Source: Flavobacteriales bacterium (GTDB taxonomy: Bacteria; Bacteroidota; Bacteroidia; Flavobacteriales_C; GCA-002722245). Taken from it: a stretch of DNA of 64,000 bases. Where the stretch lies: positions 86,541 through 150,540 of the forward strand of contig JBJTOK010000010.1 in the NCBI GenBank assembly GCA_046074525.1, given 5' to 3'. The notes under the pieces were generated by a model, which was not told the origin of the DNA, did not search any database, and saw nothing but the letters and a program-made list of their open reading frames with translations. Below, one piece after another: positions 41,469 through 51,946 of the stretch (position 1 is the first letter of the stretch; the number at the start of each line of letters is the position of its first letter). The position numbers and the translations under genes are program-made.

Positions 41469-42599
41469 TTATTGCTTCATCATTGGTTGTTCTTCTTCCT
41501 TCTCCCACGGACCAGTGATATCTGTCCAGACGCCTTCCATGTCATCCTTGAAATCATCGCCGTATACAGCTTCAACATCATCATAAGTATTGTCTTTATA
41601 GTAGATGTATAATCGCACTGAATCAGGTGCCACTTCAAACAATTTTAGATCACCGATTTTCTTTCCATCATAATTCACAACAGCAGTGAATTTTGAGTTA
41701 ACATCGGCTACAGAAGGGTCTTCACCCAAAGCTGCAATTTCAGAAACTTTCACATTAGCATCCACCTGGAAATCCTCGAAACCAAAAGTACCTTTAACCA
41801 AAGTAACATCTTCATCGGCGATGTTAGCATAATCATCATGAGCAAGATCCACCTGAGCATCTACACTGTATGCACAGGAACCGCTGTTCGACATATCGAA
41901 TTCCACTTTAAAGGTAGTAGTACCCACGCGTGTTTCTTTCAACGTAATGAGGTAAGGATCGATGTAAGCATTAGCTTCAATAGCTACAGGAATATAGCTG
42001 TCGCCTGCTTTAGCATAGTCGATGTTAACAAGATTCAACTCCAAAGTTTTTGAACCATTCAAAGCCAGTGTCACTGCACCGCTCTTCGGCATCATGGTAG
42101 TATCAACACCATCAATCAGCTGAATAGTTTCAAACTTAGTAGCAGTGAATTTAGCGTCGTTAGACACCTGACTCTTGCTGGAAGGGAAATTGACAATGAT
42201 CTTGTCAGTTGGCGTATTGGCATACGTCCATTGCTTGGTAGTATTGCTGTATGAGTAAGTTCCCGCCGCAGAATCAAATTCAAAACCTTCTTCTTCGCTC
42301 ATCACTCCTTCCGGCAGTACATTTGGAAGACTATCGAGCATTTGCTTTACGAAAGCTGTATCGAGTGCATCACCATTGGTAAGGTTGAAGAAATCAACCA
42401 TGGCCTGAACGCCTTTACCATCGTGCAAGGCTTTAACGCAGGAAATCATTGCATTTTGTGCCGCAGCGATACTCGCCTTATCCTGCGCAACCGTTGTTTC
42501 TACAACAACGTCGTCATCATCGTCATTTTCATCTTCCTTCTTACAGGAAGACAAGCAAACCAGTGCCATCGCACCAAAAGCAAAAAGCAGTTTTTTCAT
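41469..42599 (-). CDS. Hypothetical lipoprotein with poly-Asp linker
   Basis: MKKLLFAFGAMALVCLSSC lipobox, then KKEDENDDDDDVVVETT; the rest is predicted beta-rich; family unknown. Confidence 0.45.
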   Translation of the reverse strand: MKKLLFAFGAMALVCLSSCKKEDENDDDDDVVVETTVAQDKASIAAAQNAMISCVKALHDGKGVQAMVDFFNLTNGDALDTAFVKQMLDSLPNVLPEGVMSEEEGFEFDSAAGTYSYSNTTKQWTYANTPTDKIIVNFPSSKSQVSNDAKFTATKFETIQLIDGVDTTMMPKSGAVTLALNGSKTLELNLVNIDYAKAGDSYIPVAIEANAYIDPYLITLKETRVGTTTFKVEFDMSNSGSCAYSVDAQVDLAHDDYANIADEDVTLVKGTFGFEDFQVDANVKVSEIAALGEDPSVADVNSKFTAVVNYDGKKIGDLKLFEVAPDSVRLYIYYKDNTYDDVEAVYGDDFKDDMEGVWTDITGPWEKEEEQPMMKQ

Positions 42600-42662
42600 A
42601 TTCGATTTAATTTAGTTTATAAAAAGTAAAATTAAAACGTTAAGAATTGCAAAAAGTTTCCT

Positions 42663-43133
42663 CTACTTTAAAAATAAATCGAGCTCCTTTATTACCGCAT
42701 CCATTTCAAAGCCCTTGCCCATAAGGTATCGGCAAACTTTCACTTTTTGCTGATAGGGATTTTCACCCTTCAACTCCTTTAATTTTTTGGTCACCAGCTT
42801 TTCAATTGTTTCCTGATAAAGCTGCTCATTAATTTCATTTTTTGCCTTCGCAATGCAATAAGAAGAAATCTTACGCTGACGGAGTTCGTTCTCTATTTTA
42901 ATCCAGCCCCACTCATTGTTTTTGAATTTTCCGCGGGCATAGGCACAGGCAAAACGCTCTTCATTAAGGAAATTATTGCTGATAAGATCAGCCAACACAG
43001 CTTCAATAATTTCTTCCTCTAAGCCCAAACCCGACAAATTTTCGCGCACCTCCTCCTGACAACGCTCCTGGTAAGCACAGTATTTCTGGGCTTTCTGGAG
43101 GGCCTGGGTGAAAGTGTAAATCTTCTTTTCCAT
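42663..43133 (-). CDS. recX: Recombination regulator RecX
   Basis: 156 aa with the three-helical-repeat pattern and the KALxYLxYQERSxxEVRxKL-like N-terminus (ALQKAQKYCAYQERCQEEVRENL). Confidence 0.75.
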   Translation of the reverse strand: MEKKIYTFTQALQKAQKYCAYQERCQEEVRENLSGLGLEEEIIEAVLADLISNNFLNEERFACAYARGKFKNNEWGWIKIENELRQRKISSYCIAKAKNEINEQLYQETIEKLVTKKLKELKGENPYQQKVKVCRYLMGKGFEMDAVIKELDLFLK

Positions 43134-43205
43134 AGAGATAAAATTAGTACAAAAAAGAGAAGCAAGCCTTTGGAGCTTGCTTCAAAATATTCATGGCTTG
43201 AAATT

Positions 43206-44756
43206 CTAATTCAAATCGATTTCCACACCTTCCTTATCGAAATACCTCAGCTCGATCAAATCGTAGGAATCCAGAGGCTGCACCTCTACTTTCCCTCCAT
43301 ACTTGCTGGCCAGCTTGCGGCGGATAGGCCACCAGCCCTTAGTAAGGTAAGCAGATACAAATGGGTGAACAGTAATGATCACATGTTTTTTCTTGAGGTC
43401 CTTGAAAATATATTTCACGTCAGCTTCAATCTTATCCATCAAAACAATGGAAGGTTGAACATGACCAGTGCCACGACAGGTTGGGCAATTTTCATCGGTC
43501 ACTACGTCGGTAGCCGGACGAACACGCTGACGGGTAATTTCAATTACCCCAAATTTGCTTGGTGGAAGAATGCTGTGCTTCGCACGATCCTCCTTCATGT
43601 TATCTCGCAAATGCTGGAAAAGCTGTTTACGGTGGTTAGGATTTTTCATATCAATGAAATCCACCACGATAATACCGCCCATATCTCTCAGGCGCAGCTG
43701 ACGCGCTACTTCTTCTGCAGCTTCAAGGTTTACCGCAAGGGCATTTTCCTCCTGACTCATCTCCGTTTTTGAACGGTGACCGCTGTTGATATCAATAACG
43801 TGCATTGCCTCAGTATGCTCGATGATCAGGTAAATACCGCTTTTCAGCGTTACCGTTTTCCCGAAGGAAGTCTTGATCTGGCGGGCAATACCAAAATGCT
43901 CAAAAATATGAAGACGTTCTTTGTATAATTTCAGAAAACCAACCGACTCTGGAGACTTGTCCATGAGGTATTCTTTTACCTCTTCAAACACATATTCATC
44001 ATCTACCCAAATGCTGTTGAAAGAGCTGTTAAGCAAATCCCTCAAAATAGACGAAGTACGGCTTAGTTCACCCAACAATCTGTCGTTAGGTTTTGCGCCT
44101 CTCAAGTTTTCGTGGACTTTCTTCCAGCGATCCAAAACGTCGTTAAGATCTCTTTCGAGATCGGCAGCAGGTTTTTCTACTGCATTGGTACGTATGATCA
44201 CCCCAAAATTTTTGGGCTTTAAACTCTGGATAATTTGTTTTAGTCGCTCCCTTTCTTTGGAATCACGCACCTTTTGCGATACTGAAACACGATCAGAAAA
44301 CGGCACTAAAACCAGATATCTTCCGGGAATGGAAATTTCGGATCCGATACGCGGACCCTTAGTAGAGATAGGCTCTTTAGCCACCTGCACCATCACTTCC
44401 TGACCGGGTTTAACGACTTCAGAAATAGATCCTGATTTTTGAATATCAGGTTCGTTCTTGAAGTACATTAAATTGCTTGTATTCTCCTTTCCTTCACGTA
44501 CTTTCGCCAAATACTTATTGAGCGATTGTACCTGAGGACCTAAGTCGAAGTAATGCAAAAAAGCGTCTTTTTCATACCCAACGTCAACAAAGGCGGCATT
44601 TAAACCAGGAACTACTTTACGTACTTTCCCGAGATAGATGTCCCCCACAGCAAACTTGGTGTCTTTCGACTCGCGATGAAGCTCGACTAACTTTTTGTCT
44701 TTTAGAATTGCGATTACTACTTCGGAAGGAGAAGAATTGATGATTAATTCATTCAC
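43206..44756 (-). CDS. rng: Ribonuclease E/G family protein
   Basis: S1 domain (VGDIYLGKVRKVVPGLNAAFVDVG), DNase I-like and Zn-link regions. 516 aa fits the RNase G size. GTG start. Confidence 0.85.
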   Translation of the reverse strand: MNELIINSSPSEVVIAILKDKKLVELHRESKDTKFAVGDIYLGKVRKVVPGLNAAFVDVGYEKDAFLHYFDLGPQVQSLNKYLAKVREGKENTSNLMYFKNEPDIQKSGSISEVVKPGQEVMVQVAKEPISTKGPRIGSEISIPGRYLVLVPFSDRVSVSQKVRDSKERERLKQIIQSLKPKNFGVIIRTNAVEKPAADLERDLNDVLDRWKKVHENLRGAKPNDRLLGELSRTSSILRDLLNSSFNSIWVDDEYVFEEVKEYLMDKSPESVGFLKLYKERLHIFEHFGIARQIKTSFGKTVTLKSGIYLIIEHTEAMHVIDINSGHRSKTEMSQEENALAVNLEAAEEVARQLRLRDMGGIIVVDFIDMKNPNHRKQLFQHLRDNMKEDRAKHSILPPSKFGVIEITRQRVRPATDVVTDENCPTCRGTGHVQPSIVLMDKIEADVKYIFKDLKKKHVIITVHPFVSAYLTKGWWPIRRKLASKYGGKVEVQPLDSYDLIELRYFDKEGVEIDLN

Positions 44757-44830
44757 AACTTCTTAATAGATTAGGGTATGGCCGGATGGGCCACACCTGG
44801 TTACACATTCAAAAACTTGAAAAAGAAAAC

Positions 44831-44889
44831 TATTTCTTCTTCTTATGTCTGTTTTTTCTCAAACGTTTTTTGCGTTTGTGTGTAGCCAT
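44831..44889 (-). CDS. Tiny, highly basic ORF (MATHKRKKRLRKNRHKKKK)
   Basis: A 19-codon ATG-initiated ORF in the 172-nt gap between the TPR gene and the RNase E/G start, on the same strand as both. 12 of 19 residues are K/R/H. The coding status is unproven. Confidence 0.25.
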
Positions 44890-44928
44890 CTTGTGTCTTT
44901 TTCTTTTTTTTCCGCTTGGCATAAAAAA

Positions 44929-45399
44929 TTATTTTAATTGTTTTAAAACTTGCTGTACCGATTCCTTTTGTTTTTGATCGGGAGCTGACTCGTACAGCTT
45001 AACAAAAATGCTCCTGGCTTTCGCCGTGTCTTTTAATGCGATATAAGCATCGCCCACTAATCGTTGTACTTCCCAGCTCGGTTTTACTTCGTTCAAACGC
45101 TCGAGGTAAACTACTGCCTTATCGTGCTGGCCGGTTTGCAGGCTCATCATCGACAGCAATTCCAGGGCCCGTACATTCTTTGGATCCTCCTGAAGCACTT
45201 CCTTCAACAGCTTTATTCCATCCATGGGCTTAACCTGCATGGCGGCCAGGGCTTCATCAATCTTTTGATCCGCCGACTTGGGTGCTGCTGTATTAGCAAT
45301 TTCTGCTGGTACAACAGAAGAGCTCTTAACAGGTAAAAAATATAAAAGAACGACCGCCGCAATGGCGCTTACAACAACTATCAGCTGCTTAGAACTCAT
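44929..45399 (-). CDS. Tetratricopeptide-repeat protein with N-terminal membrane anchor
   Basis: A TM/signal anchor followed by TPR-like helical repeats (ALELLSMMSLQTGQHDKAVVYLERL...). Confidence 0.5.
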   Translation of the reverse strand: MSSKQLIVVVSAIAAVVLLYFLPVKSSSVVPAEIANTAAPKSADQKIDEALAAMQVKPMDGIKLLKEVLQEDPKNVRALELLSMMSLQTGQHDKAVVYLERLNEVKPSWEVQRLVGDAYIALKDTAKARSIFVKLYESAPDQKQKESVQQVLKQLK

Positions 45400-45402
45400 T
45401 AA

Positions 45403-45702
45403 CTACTTTAGTGCTGGTTTTTTTGAAGTAATCTTCACTTTCTCCACAAAAACCTTAGCCGGTTTGAAAGCCGGCACATTGTGTTCTGGGATAATAATGG
45501 TTGTGTTTTTAGAGATGTTTCTTCCTGTCTTTTGTGCTCTTTTCTTCACGATAAAGGAACCAAAACCTCTCAGGTATACATTATCTCCTTTCGATAAAGA
45601 AGCCTTGATAGATTTCATCATTGCCTCAACTGTTGCCTGTACTGCAACTTTCTCGATTCCTGTCTTGTCTGCGATTTCGTTTACAATGTCTGCTTTTGTC
45701 AT
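45403..45702 (-). CDS. hup: HU-family DNA-binding protein
   Basis: MTKADIVNEIADKTG...VYLRGFGSF...KPAKVF pattern typical of HU/IHF. Confidence 0.9.
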   Translation of the reverse strand: MTKADIVNEIADKTGIEKVAVQATVEAMMKSIKASLSKGDNVYLRGFGSFIVKKRAQKTGRNISKNTTIIIPEHNVPAFKPAKVFVEKVKITSKKPALK

Positions 45703-45893
45703 GTCTGCTGAATTTTATATATCTCAATAATCAATTAGTTCTTTATTAAAGGGCTGCGAATTTACATTTTTAATTCATTCTACAAAAACACTTGCTGTTT
45801 TTTTTTCTTTGTAAGTAATTCAATCTTAGTCTTTTGTAAAAAAGGAATTTCACCCATTTTTTTTGAAGCTGTGGATTACTGCTATCTTAGAGC

Positions 45894-46925
45894 ATGTTTT
45901 CGGCCAAACTTATTTCCTGGTACCATCAGAATAAACGGGACTTGCCGTGGCGAAATACACGGGATCCCTATAAAATATGGCTGTCGGAAATCATCCTCCA
46001 GCAAACCCGAGTTGAACAAGGTTTACCCTACTACGAAAAATTTGTAACTGCTTTTCCTGATGTGGTGGCATTGGCTAATGCGAAAGAAGACGTTGTGATG
46101 AAGCAGTGGCAGGGACTTGGCTATTACAGTAGGGCCAGGAATTTGCATTCTGCGGCAAAAATGGTTGTCACCAATTTCAAAGGAACTTTCCCCTCCGATC
46201 ACAAAAATATTTTAAAACTTAAAGGTGTTGGAGAATATACTGCTGCAGCCATTGCTTCCTTCTCTTTTGATTTGCCTTATCCTGTTTTGGACGGCAACGT
46301 ATTCCGGGTAATTTCCAGGATTTATGGCTTTCATGAAGCTATTGATTCCAATACAGGAAAGAGGAAATTCATGGATCACCTGCATACCCTGATTCCTAAA
46401 AATGATCCCGCTGCTTTCAACCAGGCCATCATGGAATTTGGTGCTTTATACTGCACACCTAAAAATCCGGATTGCAGCAGCTGCATTTTTAAAAATGAAT
46501 GTTACGCTTTCAAAAACGATAAAGTGGAAGTACTTCCCTATAAAGAAAAGAAGATTGTAAAACGCGATCGCTATTTTTATTATAAAGTCAGCATTGATGC
46601 ACAAAACCGCATCCTCATTCAAAAAAGAGAAAACAAGGACATTTGGCAGGGCATGTATGAATTTCCGCATCTTGAGACAGCGGAAAAAATCGACCAGCCT
46701 TTGAAAGCACTCCACATCAATAAAAAAGATGTGCTGTTTTTCAGTGAGACAGAGAAACACCTGCTCACCCACCAGAATATTTATTTCAGCTTTTATGTTG
46801 TGAAAATCAACAGCGGCAATAAGGGCATGTGGGTCACTCATGAAGAGTTAAAAGAATTGCCCGTTCCCAAAATTATTGCCGATTTTATCCGCAAAAAGCT
46901 AAATTTGTATCTTCCTCATCAATAA
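45894..46925 (+). CDS. mutY: A/G-specific adenine DNA glycosylase
   Basis: HhH-GPD domain, a 4Fe-4S Cys cluster ([17 protein letters not shown]) and a C-terminal NUDIX-like domain. Confidence 0.85.
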   Translation: MFSAKLISWYHQNKRDLPWRNTRDPYKIWLSEIILQQTRVEQGLPYYEKFVTAFPDVVALANAKEDVVMKQWQGLGYYSRARNLHSAAKMVVTNFKGTFPSDHKNILKLKGVGEYTAAAIASFSFDLPYPVLDGNVFRVISRIYGFHEAIDSNTGKRKFMDHLHTLIPKNDPAAFNQAIMEFGALYCTPKNPDCSSCIFKNECYAFKNDKVEVLPYKEKKIVKRDRYFYYKVSIDAQNRILIQKRENKDIWQGMYEFPHLETAEKIDQPLKALHINKKDVLFFSETEKHLLTHQNIYFSFYVVKINSGNKGMWVTHEELKELPVPKIIADFIRKKLNLYLPHQ

Positions 46926-46929
46926 AGAC

Positions 46930-47346
46930 ATGGCAGGCGTTAATAAAGTAATTTTAGTTGGAAACCTTGGGAAAGATCCCGAAGTAAGGTACCTCGAAGG
47001 AGGCGTACCTGTTGCCAATTTTACTCTTGCCACCAGTGAAACTTACAAAGACAAAAACGGTAACCGAATAGAACAAACCGAATGGCATAATATCGTGGTT
47101 TGGCGCGGACTCGCCGAAATTGCCGAGAAATATTTACGCAAGGGAAGCCAGGTATATGTAGAAGGGAAACTCCGAACCCGCTCCTGGGACGATAAAGACG
47201 GCGTAAAAAGATACAGCACCGAAATAATTGCCGACAACATGACTATGCTTGGCGGCAAACGTGAAGATACTGCATCGCAAGCTCCCATTGAAAAACCAAC
47301 AAACCATAAAAGTTCTCCCGAAGATCTGGGAGACCTTCCTTTTTAA
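46930..47346 (+). CDS. ssb: Single-stranded DNA-binding protein
   Basis: OB-fold N-terminus ([17 protein letters not shown]) and the acidic C-terminal DLPF tail. Confidence 0.9.
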   Translation: MAGVNKVILVGNLGKDPEVRYLEGGVPVANFTLATSETYKDKNGNRIEQTEWHNIVVWRGLAEIAEKYLRKGSQVYVEGKLRTRSWDDKDGVKRYSTEIIADNMTMLGGKREDTASQAPIEKPTNHKSSPEDLGDLPF

Positions 47347-47412
47347 AACTTAAGAGATATAGGCACTTCCCTTCATATTTACTTATTGACTACCGGTCCG
47401 GCAGTGATTTCT

Positions 47413-48669
47413 ATGTCACTCATGTTCATTGGTATGTTAGTATTGCTGATTGGTGCAGCAATGATTTCCTCTACAGAAGTAGCCTTCTTCTCCATGGACA
47501 AGAAAAGTCTGGAACTACTTGAACTGCGTAACCACAAAACAGGAAAAACAATCAAAAAACTGCTGGAAAATCCGGAAAAACTGCTGGCTACCATCCTCAT
47601 CACCAATAGCTTTTTTCATATTTCCTTCGTTTTTGTATCTACTGCTTTTATAGGAAATCTCGACAGCATTGGCATTGCCAATGTTATTCCAACTGTAGTA
47701 CAAATCATTGTTATTAGTACTCTACTCATTCTTTTCGGGGAAATTATCCCTAAGGTGCTGGCCACCAAAAAAGGCGATAAAATTGCTTTGTTCATGGCTA
47801 CTCCCATGAGTTTCCTGATTACTGTGCTGAAGCCTTTTTCGGCTTTTCTACTTTTATTCAGCTCCAAGAAAAAGAAAGAACAGAAAATAAAAAACATCTC
47901 TGTAGATGAGCTTTCTGCGGTGCATGATCTTATTCAAAACGAAGAAGCATCTGAACAGGAACAAAAGATTTTATCGGGCATTTTATCTTTCGGGAATACC
48001 GACGTGAAGCAAATCATGACAGCACGCACCAATATCATTTCTTTGAACGAAAATCTTTCGCTGCCCGCTGTTGTAAAGGAAATCCAAACTTCAGAATTTT
48101 CAAGAATTCCTGTGCACAAGGACAATATTGATAAAATCACTGGCGTAATCTATGTAAAGGATTTACTGCCTTATTTGAATGAAGGAGAAAATTTCGATTG
48201 GAAGAAACTGGAGCGTCCTCCATTCTTCGTTCCGGAGAGCAAGAAAATTGATGATCTCCTGAAAGAATTCCAGGAAATGAAAATGCACATGGCTATTGTT
48301 GTCGATGAATACGGTGGCACATCAGGCATTATCACACTGGAAGATATTATTGAAGAAATTGTGGGTGACCTTAGCGACGAATACGATGATGAAGATGTTG
48401 TTTATTCCAAGCTCGACGATAAGAATTACATCTTTGATGGCAAGACTTTGCTTATTGATATGTATCGTATTCTTGAAGTTGACGAAGAGGCTTTTGAAGC
48501 CGCGAAAGGAGAAGCTGATACCATTGCAGGATTCATCCTCGAACAAACAGGGGTTTTTCCTAAAAAAGACGCAGTGATTGAATTTGCAGGCATCCGCTTC
48601 AAGATTGACAGTATGGACAAACGAAGGATAGTGAGCATCAAAGCTACAATGCCTCCCGATTCAAAATAA
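47413..48669 (+). CDS. gldE: Gliding motility-associated CNNM/CorC-HlyC family protein GldE
   Basis: DUF21 TM domain plus a CBS pair plus a CorC_HlyC C-terminal domain. The mutY-ssb-gldE-gldD order matches what I recall of the described Flavobacterium gld locus. Start moved from TTG 47386 to ATG 47413. Confidence 0.75.
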   Translation: MSLMFIGMLVLLIGAAMISSTEVAFFSMDKKSLELLELRNHKTGKTIKKLLENPEKLLATILITNSFFHISFVFVSTAFIGNLDSIGIANVIPTVVQIIVISTLLILFGEIIPKVLATKKGDKIALFMATPMSFLITVLKPFSAFLLLFSSKKKKEQKIKNISVDELSAVHDLIQNEEASEQEQKILSGILSFGNTDVKQIMTARTNIISLNENLSLPAVVKEIQTSEFSRIPVHKDNIDKITGVIYVKDLLPYLNEGENFDWKKLERPPFFVPESKKIDDLLKEFQEMKMHMAIVVDEYGGTSGIITLEDIIEEIVGDLSDEYDDEDVVYSKLDDKNYIFDGKTLLIDMYRILEVDEEAFEAAKGEADTIAGFILEQTGVFPKKDAVIEFAGIRFKIDSMDKRRIVSIKATMPPDSK

Positions 48670-48673
48670 TTAT

Positions 48674-49234
48674 ATGGGAAAATTACTATTCTTGATTGCT
48701 CTTGTAAGTATCCTTTGCGGGTGCGGCGATGATCCCATTCCAAAACCAAAAGGCTATTTTCACATTACTCTCCCCGAAAAAAAATATGTGCATTTTCAAT
48801 CTCCATGTGCTTTTGAATTTGATATTGCCGCAGTTGCCAAAATATCATTAAAAGATTCAGTTCATTGCTACTACAACATTGAATATCCTCAATGGAAAGG
48901 CACACTCCACCTGACATACCTACCCGTGAAAAACGATCTGAAGGAACTCATTGATGATGAACACCGCAGAAAAGAAAAACACATCCAGATGGCTTCATCC
49001 ATTGACGATTCGGTGTATGTTTTTCCCGACAGGCATGTGAGCGCAACCGTTTTTCACATCAATGGCAGCAAAACTGCAACACCTATTCAGTTTTTTATTA
49101 CCGACAGTACGCATCATTTTTTCCGTGGAGCACTTTATTTCTATCATTCGCCAAACAATGATTCCATAGCTCCTGTCATCAGTTACATTAAAGATGATGT
49201 AAAAAAGATGATAGAGACTTTTAAATGGAACTAA
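48674..49234 (+). CDS. gldD: Gliding motility lipoprotein GldD
   Basis: 186-aa lipoprotein (LVSILCGCGDDPIPKPKGYFHITLPE) immediately downstream of gldE, matching the size and position of GldD. I could not align the sequence directly. Confidence 0.55.
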   Translation: MGKLLFLIALVSILCGCGDDPIPKPKGYFHITLPEKKYVHFQSPCAFEFDIAAVAKISLKDSVHCYYNIEYPQWKGTLHLTYLPVKNDLKELIDDEHRRKEKHIQMASSIDDSVYVFPDRHVSATVFHINGSKTATPIQFFITDSTHHFFRGALYFYHSPNNDSIAPVISYIKDDVKKMIETFKWN

Positions 49235-49279
49235 CCTATTTTGAAAATTTCAGGTATAAAGCATACCTAATTTTCATTC

Positions 49280-50584
49280 ATGAGATATTCCGCTATACTC
49301 CTTTTCAGTCTGATTTTGATTGCCATTTCCTGTAAAAAAGAAAAAACAGGAGACGACAACAGTAACAGCAATTCCAATAACAACAATAACAACAGTGGCA
49401 ACAACACCTTTTATATTGAACATACTTTTCAGCCTGGAAATACAGGTTTCGATTACAACTCTCCCATCATAAAGGACGATTTCCTTTACATTGGAACTTC
49501 AAAAAAATTGTTTTCTGATGTAAGCAGTGATAATGCATTTTACAAGTTCGACCTGCAGCTCAATGTAATCTGGAAATATGCGCTTGATTCAAGCGAAGTG
49601 CGCGGCAGCGCTGCGCTCGATAGCGACAACAACATTTACTTCACAGTACAGGAAGGCCGCAAATACGGAGATATGAGCCAGTCTAAATTATACGTGTACT
49701 CCCTCAACAACAGCGGTACCTTCCGATGGAAAAAACTTATTGCAAGCGGATCTGAGATCAAGGATGTAGGGGCATACGAACTTGCAGCCGGCACACATAT
49801 TTATATCCAGGGAAATAGTTTTTACGCGATTAACAGAAGTAACGGAAACGAAGCCTGGCGGAAGGACATGACAGGAGGTGTTTCCCGTCCGATTTTAGAT
49901 ATCAATGGAAATATCTACCTGGTAAATTTTGGTGCCTTTGTTTCTTATGATTCCACAGGGACAAAACGATGGAGTTACATTCCTTCCGACAATTTCACTG
50001 AAAACGGCGATGCCTTTTCAAATCCTTCCTTTGCGTCAGCTGATCAATCAAAGATTGTGTTTTTTTATGACACATGGTTATACAACATCAATTCAGCAGA
50101 TGGAAGCTTCAACTGGAAATACAATGCGCCATTCACAGGCTATCAGAGAGGGACGCCTGCTTTGGATCACGAAGGCAATATTTACGTGGGAAGAAAGAAT
50201 CACAATAACCCCTCTGCGTTCTACAAGGTGAACAAGAATGGAAATGCAGTTGTATGGGCCGACAGCTCCTTTGGTGAAATTTACACCTGTCCGGTTCTTG
50301 CCAACGACAGCAATGTGTATTTCGCATCGGAACTGCTCAATAATGGTCCGGGAAAAACGCCAGGATGGAACCGGCTACATGTGCTAAACATTAACACTGG
50401 GAAAATAATTTGGCAAGCTGATTTAGGCAGTGACGTAGGTACATCCTCCCCCGCCATGTCCAATACAGGAAGAATTTATGCAGGTACCATTGGATACGAG
50501 GGTTCTCCCTCAAAACTGGTATGTGTAAAAACAAGTGCCGGCGGAACGCTTGCAGGGGCTATTCACGCTCAGTTTGGCGACTGA
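49280..50584 (+). CDS. PQQ-like beta-propeller repeat lipoprotein with poly-Asn linker
   Basis: Lipobox (LILIAISC). An NSNSNSNNNNNNSGNN low-complexity linker. Repeated ...IYxxxxDGxLYAxN... propeller blades. Confidence 0.5.
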   Translation: MRYSAILLFSLILIAISCKKEKTGDDNSNSNSNNNNNNSGNNTFYIEHTFQPGNTGFDYNSPIIKDDFLYIGTSKKLFSDVSSDNAFYKFDLQLNVIWKYALDSSEVRGSAALDSDNNIYFTVQEGRKYGDMSQSKLYVYSLNNSGTFRWKKLIASGSEIKDVGAYELAAGTHIYIQGNSFYAINRSNGNEAWRKDMTGGVSRPILDINGNIYLVNFGAFVSYDSTGTKRWSYIPSDNFTENGDAFSNPSFASADQSKIVFFYDTWLYNINSADGSFNWKYNAPFTGYQRGTPALDHEGNIYVGRKNHNNPSAFYKVNKNGNAVVWADSSFGEIYTCPVLANDSNVYFASELLNNGPGKTPGWNRLHVLNINTGKIIWQADLGSDVGTSSPAMSNTGRIYAGTIGYEGSPSKLVCVKTSAGGTLAGAIHAQFGD

Positions 50585-51602
50585 CCTTAATCCCAAACAA
50601 AAGGATGCACGTATAGGCAAGCAAGACGGAAGCCAGCACCACATGCACTGGTTGAGCGAATTGTGGTACTGAAAAATACCCCATCACAACACCAGTGAGG
50701 ATATTCAGAAAGATTAAGGCAACAATTGCTTTCACAGCGAAAGTCCTGATTCCAGCATCATACAGCAGATAACATGATGTGAGTGCTATGCCGCCATAGA
50801 GCCATGTAAAAGACCGGTGAATAAGAAAAACCCAGTCGGCTTTTTCCAACCAGCTAGCCCTGCTTTCATTGCCCAACCTTGAGTAATCATTCATCTCCCT
50901 TACATTAGCACCAAGATACAGTTGAACAAGCAAAGTCAGCATGGACAGGATAAGCAAACGGTAAATCCACATTGATCTGCTGGTTTTCAGTTCGATCGGC
51001 GCAAACGCTTTTGAGCGGGCAAAAACAACTGCAATGAGCACTAAAAAGGCAAAATACAAATGCACACTTATTTTAAGTGGCTTCAGGTTTGAATCCACAA
51101 CCTTTGCTCCCAACCACCCTTCAAATAGAATCAGCACAAAAGCTATAATGCTGCCCCATAATATCCATGAATTAGTTTTCCTTATCCTCACGGCAAAATA
51201 CAACATGAAAATCGCCATAATGCCAAGCACTGCACCGCACAACCGGTTAACATATTCAATAATGGTGTGCTCAGGTTTATATATTGCGTAATCGTGCTTT
51301 TTGTATTGTTCCCACTGACTTTCATCAAAAGAATCGGAAGGGTTGAAATCCTCTTTCGCCACCAGCAGTTTATTATCGTGAATAATAATTTGGCCATTCT
51401 CAAACATCTTTCCAGGCTGCCATTGCACCTGTTCTTCGTCCATCGGCGGCACCCAATAACCATAGCACTTCGGCCAGTCGGGGCACCCCATACCGGCACC
51501 AGTGGCCTTGACCAAGCTTCCGGCGAGGACTACCAATAAAGAGAAAATGAGGGTTAATAAGCTAAAAAGATGAAAGCGTTTTTCCTGTCGGGAGCCAATC
51601 AT
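50559..51602 (-). CDS. ctaA: Heme A synthase (COX15/CtaA family)
   Basis: Paired Cys in the first periplasmic loop (GMGCPDWPKCYGYW) and eight TM helices with conserved His. Confidence 0.8.
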   Translation of the reverse strand: MIGSRQEKRFHLFSLLTLIFSLLVVLAGSLVKATGAGMGCPDWPKCYGYWVPPMDEEQVQWQPGKMFENGQIIIHDNKLLVAKEDFNPSDSFDESQWEQYKKHDYAIYKPEHTIIEYVNRLCGAVLGIMAIFMLYFAVRIRKTNSWILWGSIIAFVLILFEGWLGAKVVDSNLKPLKISVHLYFAFLVLIAVVFARSKAFAPIELKTSRSMWIYRLLILSMLTLLVQLYLGANVREMNDYSRLGNESRASWLEKADWVFLIHRSFTWLYGGIALTSCYLLYDAGIRTFAVKAIVALIFLNILTGVVMGYFSVPQFAQPVHVVLASVLLAYTCILLFGIKVSRQTERE

Positions 51603-51946
51603 TGAATACTGTCTTTAGGTAATGCGGTAATTTCCTTGTATCCGGTAACCGTATATGCCTGCTCATAAAGTCCATCCACCAGTTTCTTCAGCTCCTCAGG
51701 ATTGGTTTGCGCCGCATCATAGGACACATAAGCGCTCTTGGAATCGAAATTTACAATGGCTTTTACTACTCCTTCAGCCTTGCTCAGCTTTTCCTGGATT
51801 GCCGGAGCACAACTATGCGCACAGGACATGCCCTCTATGCTCATCTGCACATTTTTAACTTCTGTGACTGATGCTCCGCCACAAGCCCACAAAAGGCACG
51901 GCAAAAGCAATAGAATACTAAAGCGCTTTATAAATTCCATCTTCAT
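51599..51946 (-). CDS. Heavy-metal-associated (HMA) domain lipoprotein with atypical CxxxC site
   Basis: Lipoprotein signal (LLLLPCLLWACGG). HMA fold with GMSCAHSCA (C-A-H-S-C) instead of the canonical GMxCxxC. Confidence 0.6.
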   Translation of the reverse strand: MKMEFIKRFSILLLLPCLLWACGGASVTEVKNVQMSIEGMSCAHSCAPAIQEKLSKAEGVVKAIVNFDSKSAYVSYDAAQTNPEELKKLVDGLYEQAYTVTGYKEITALPKDSIQ

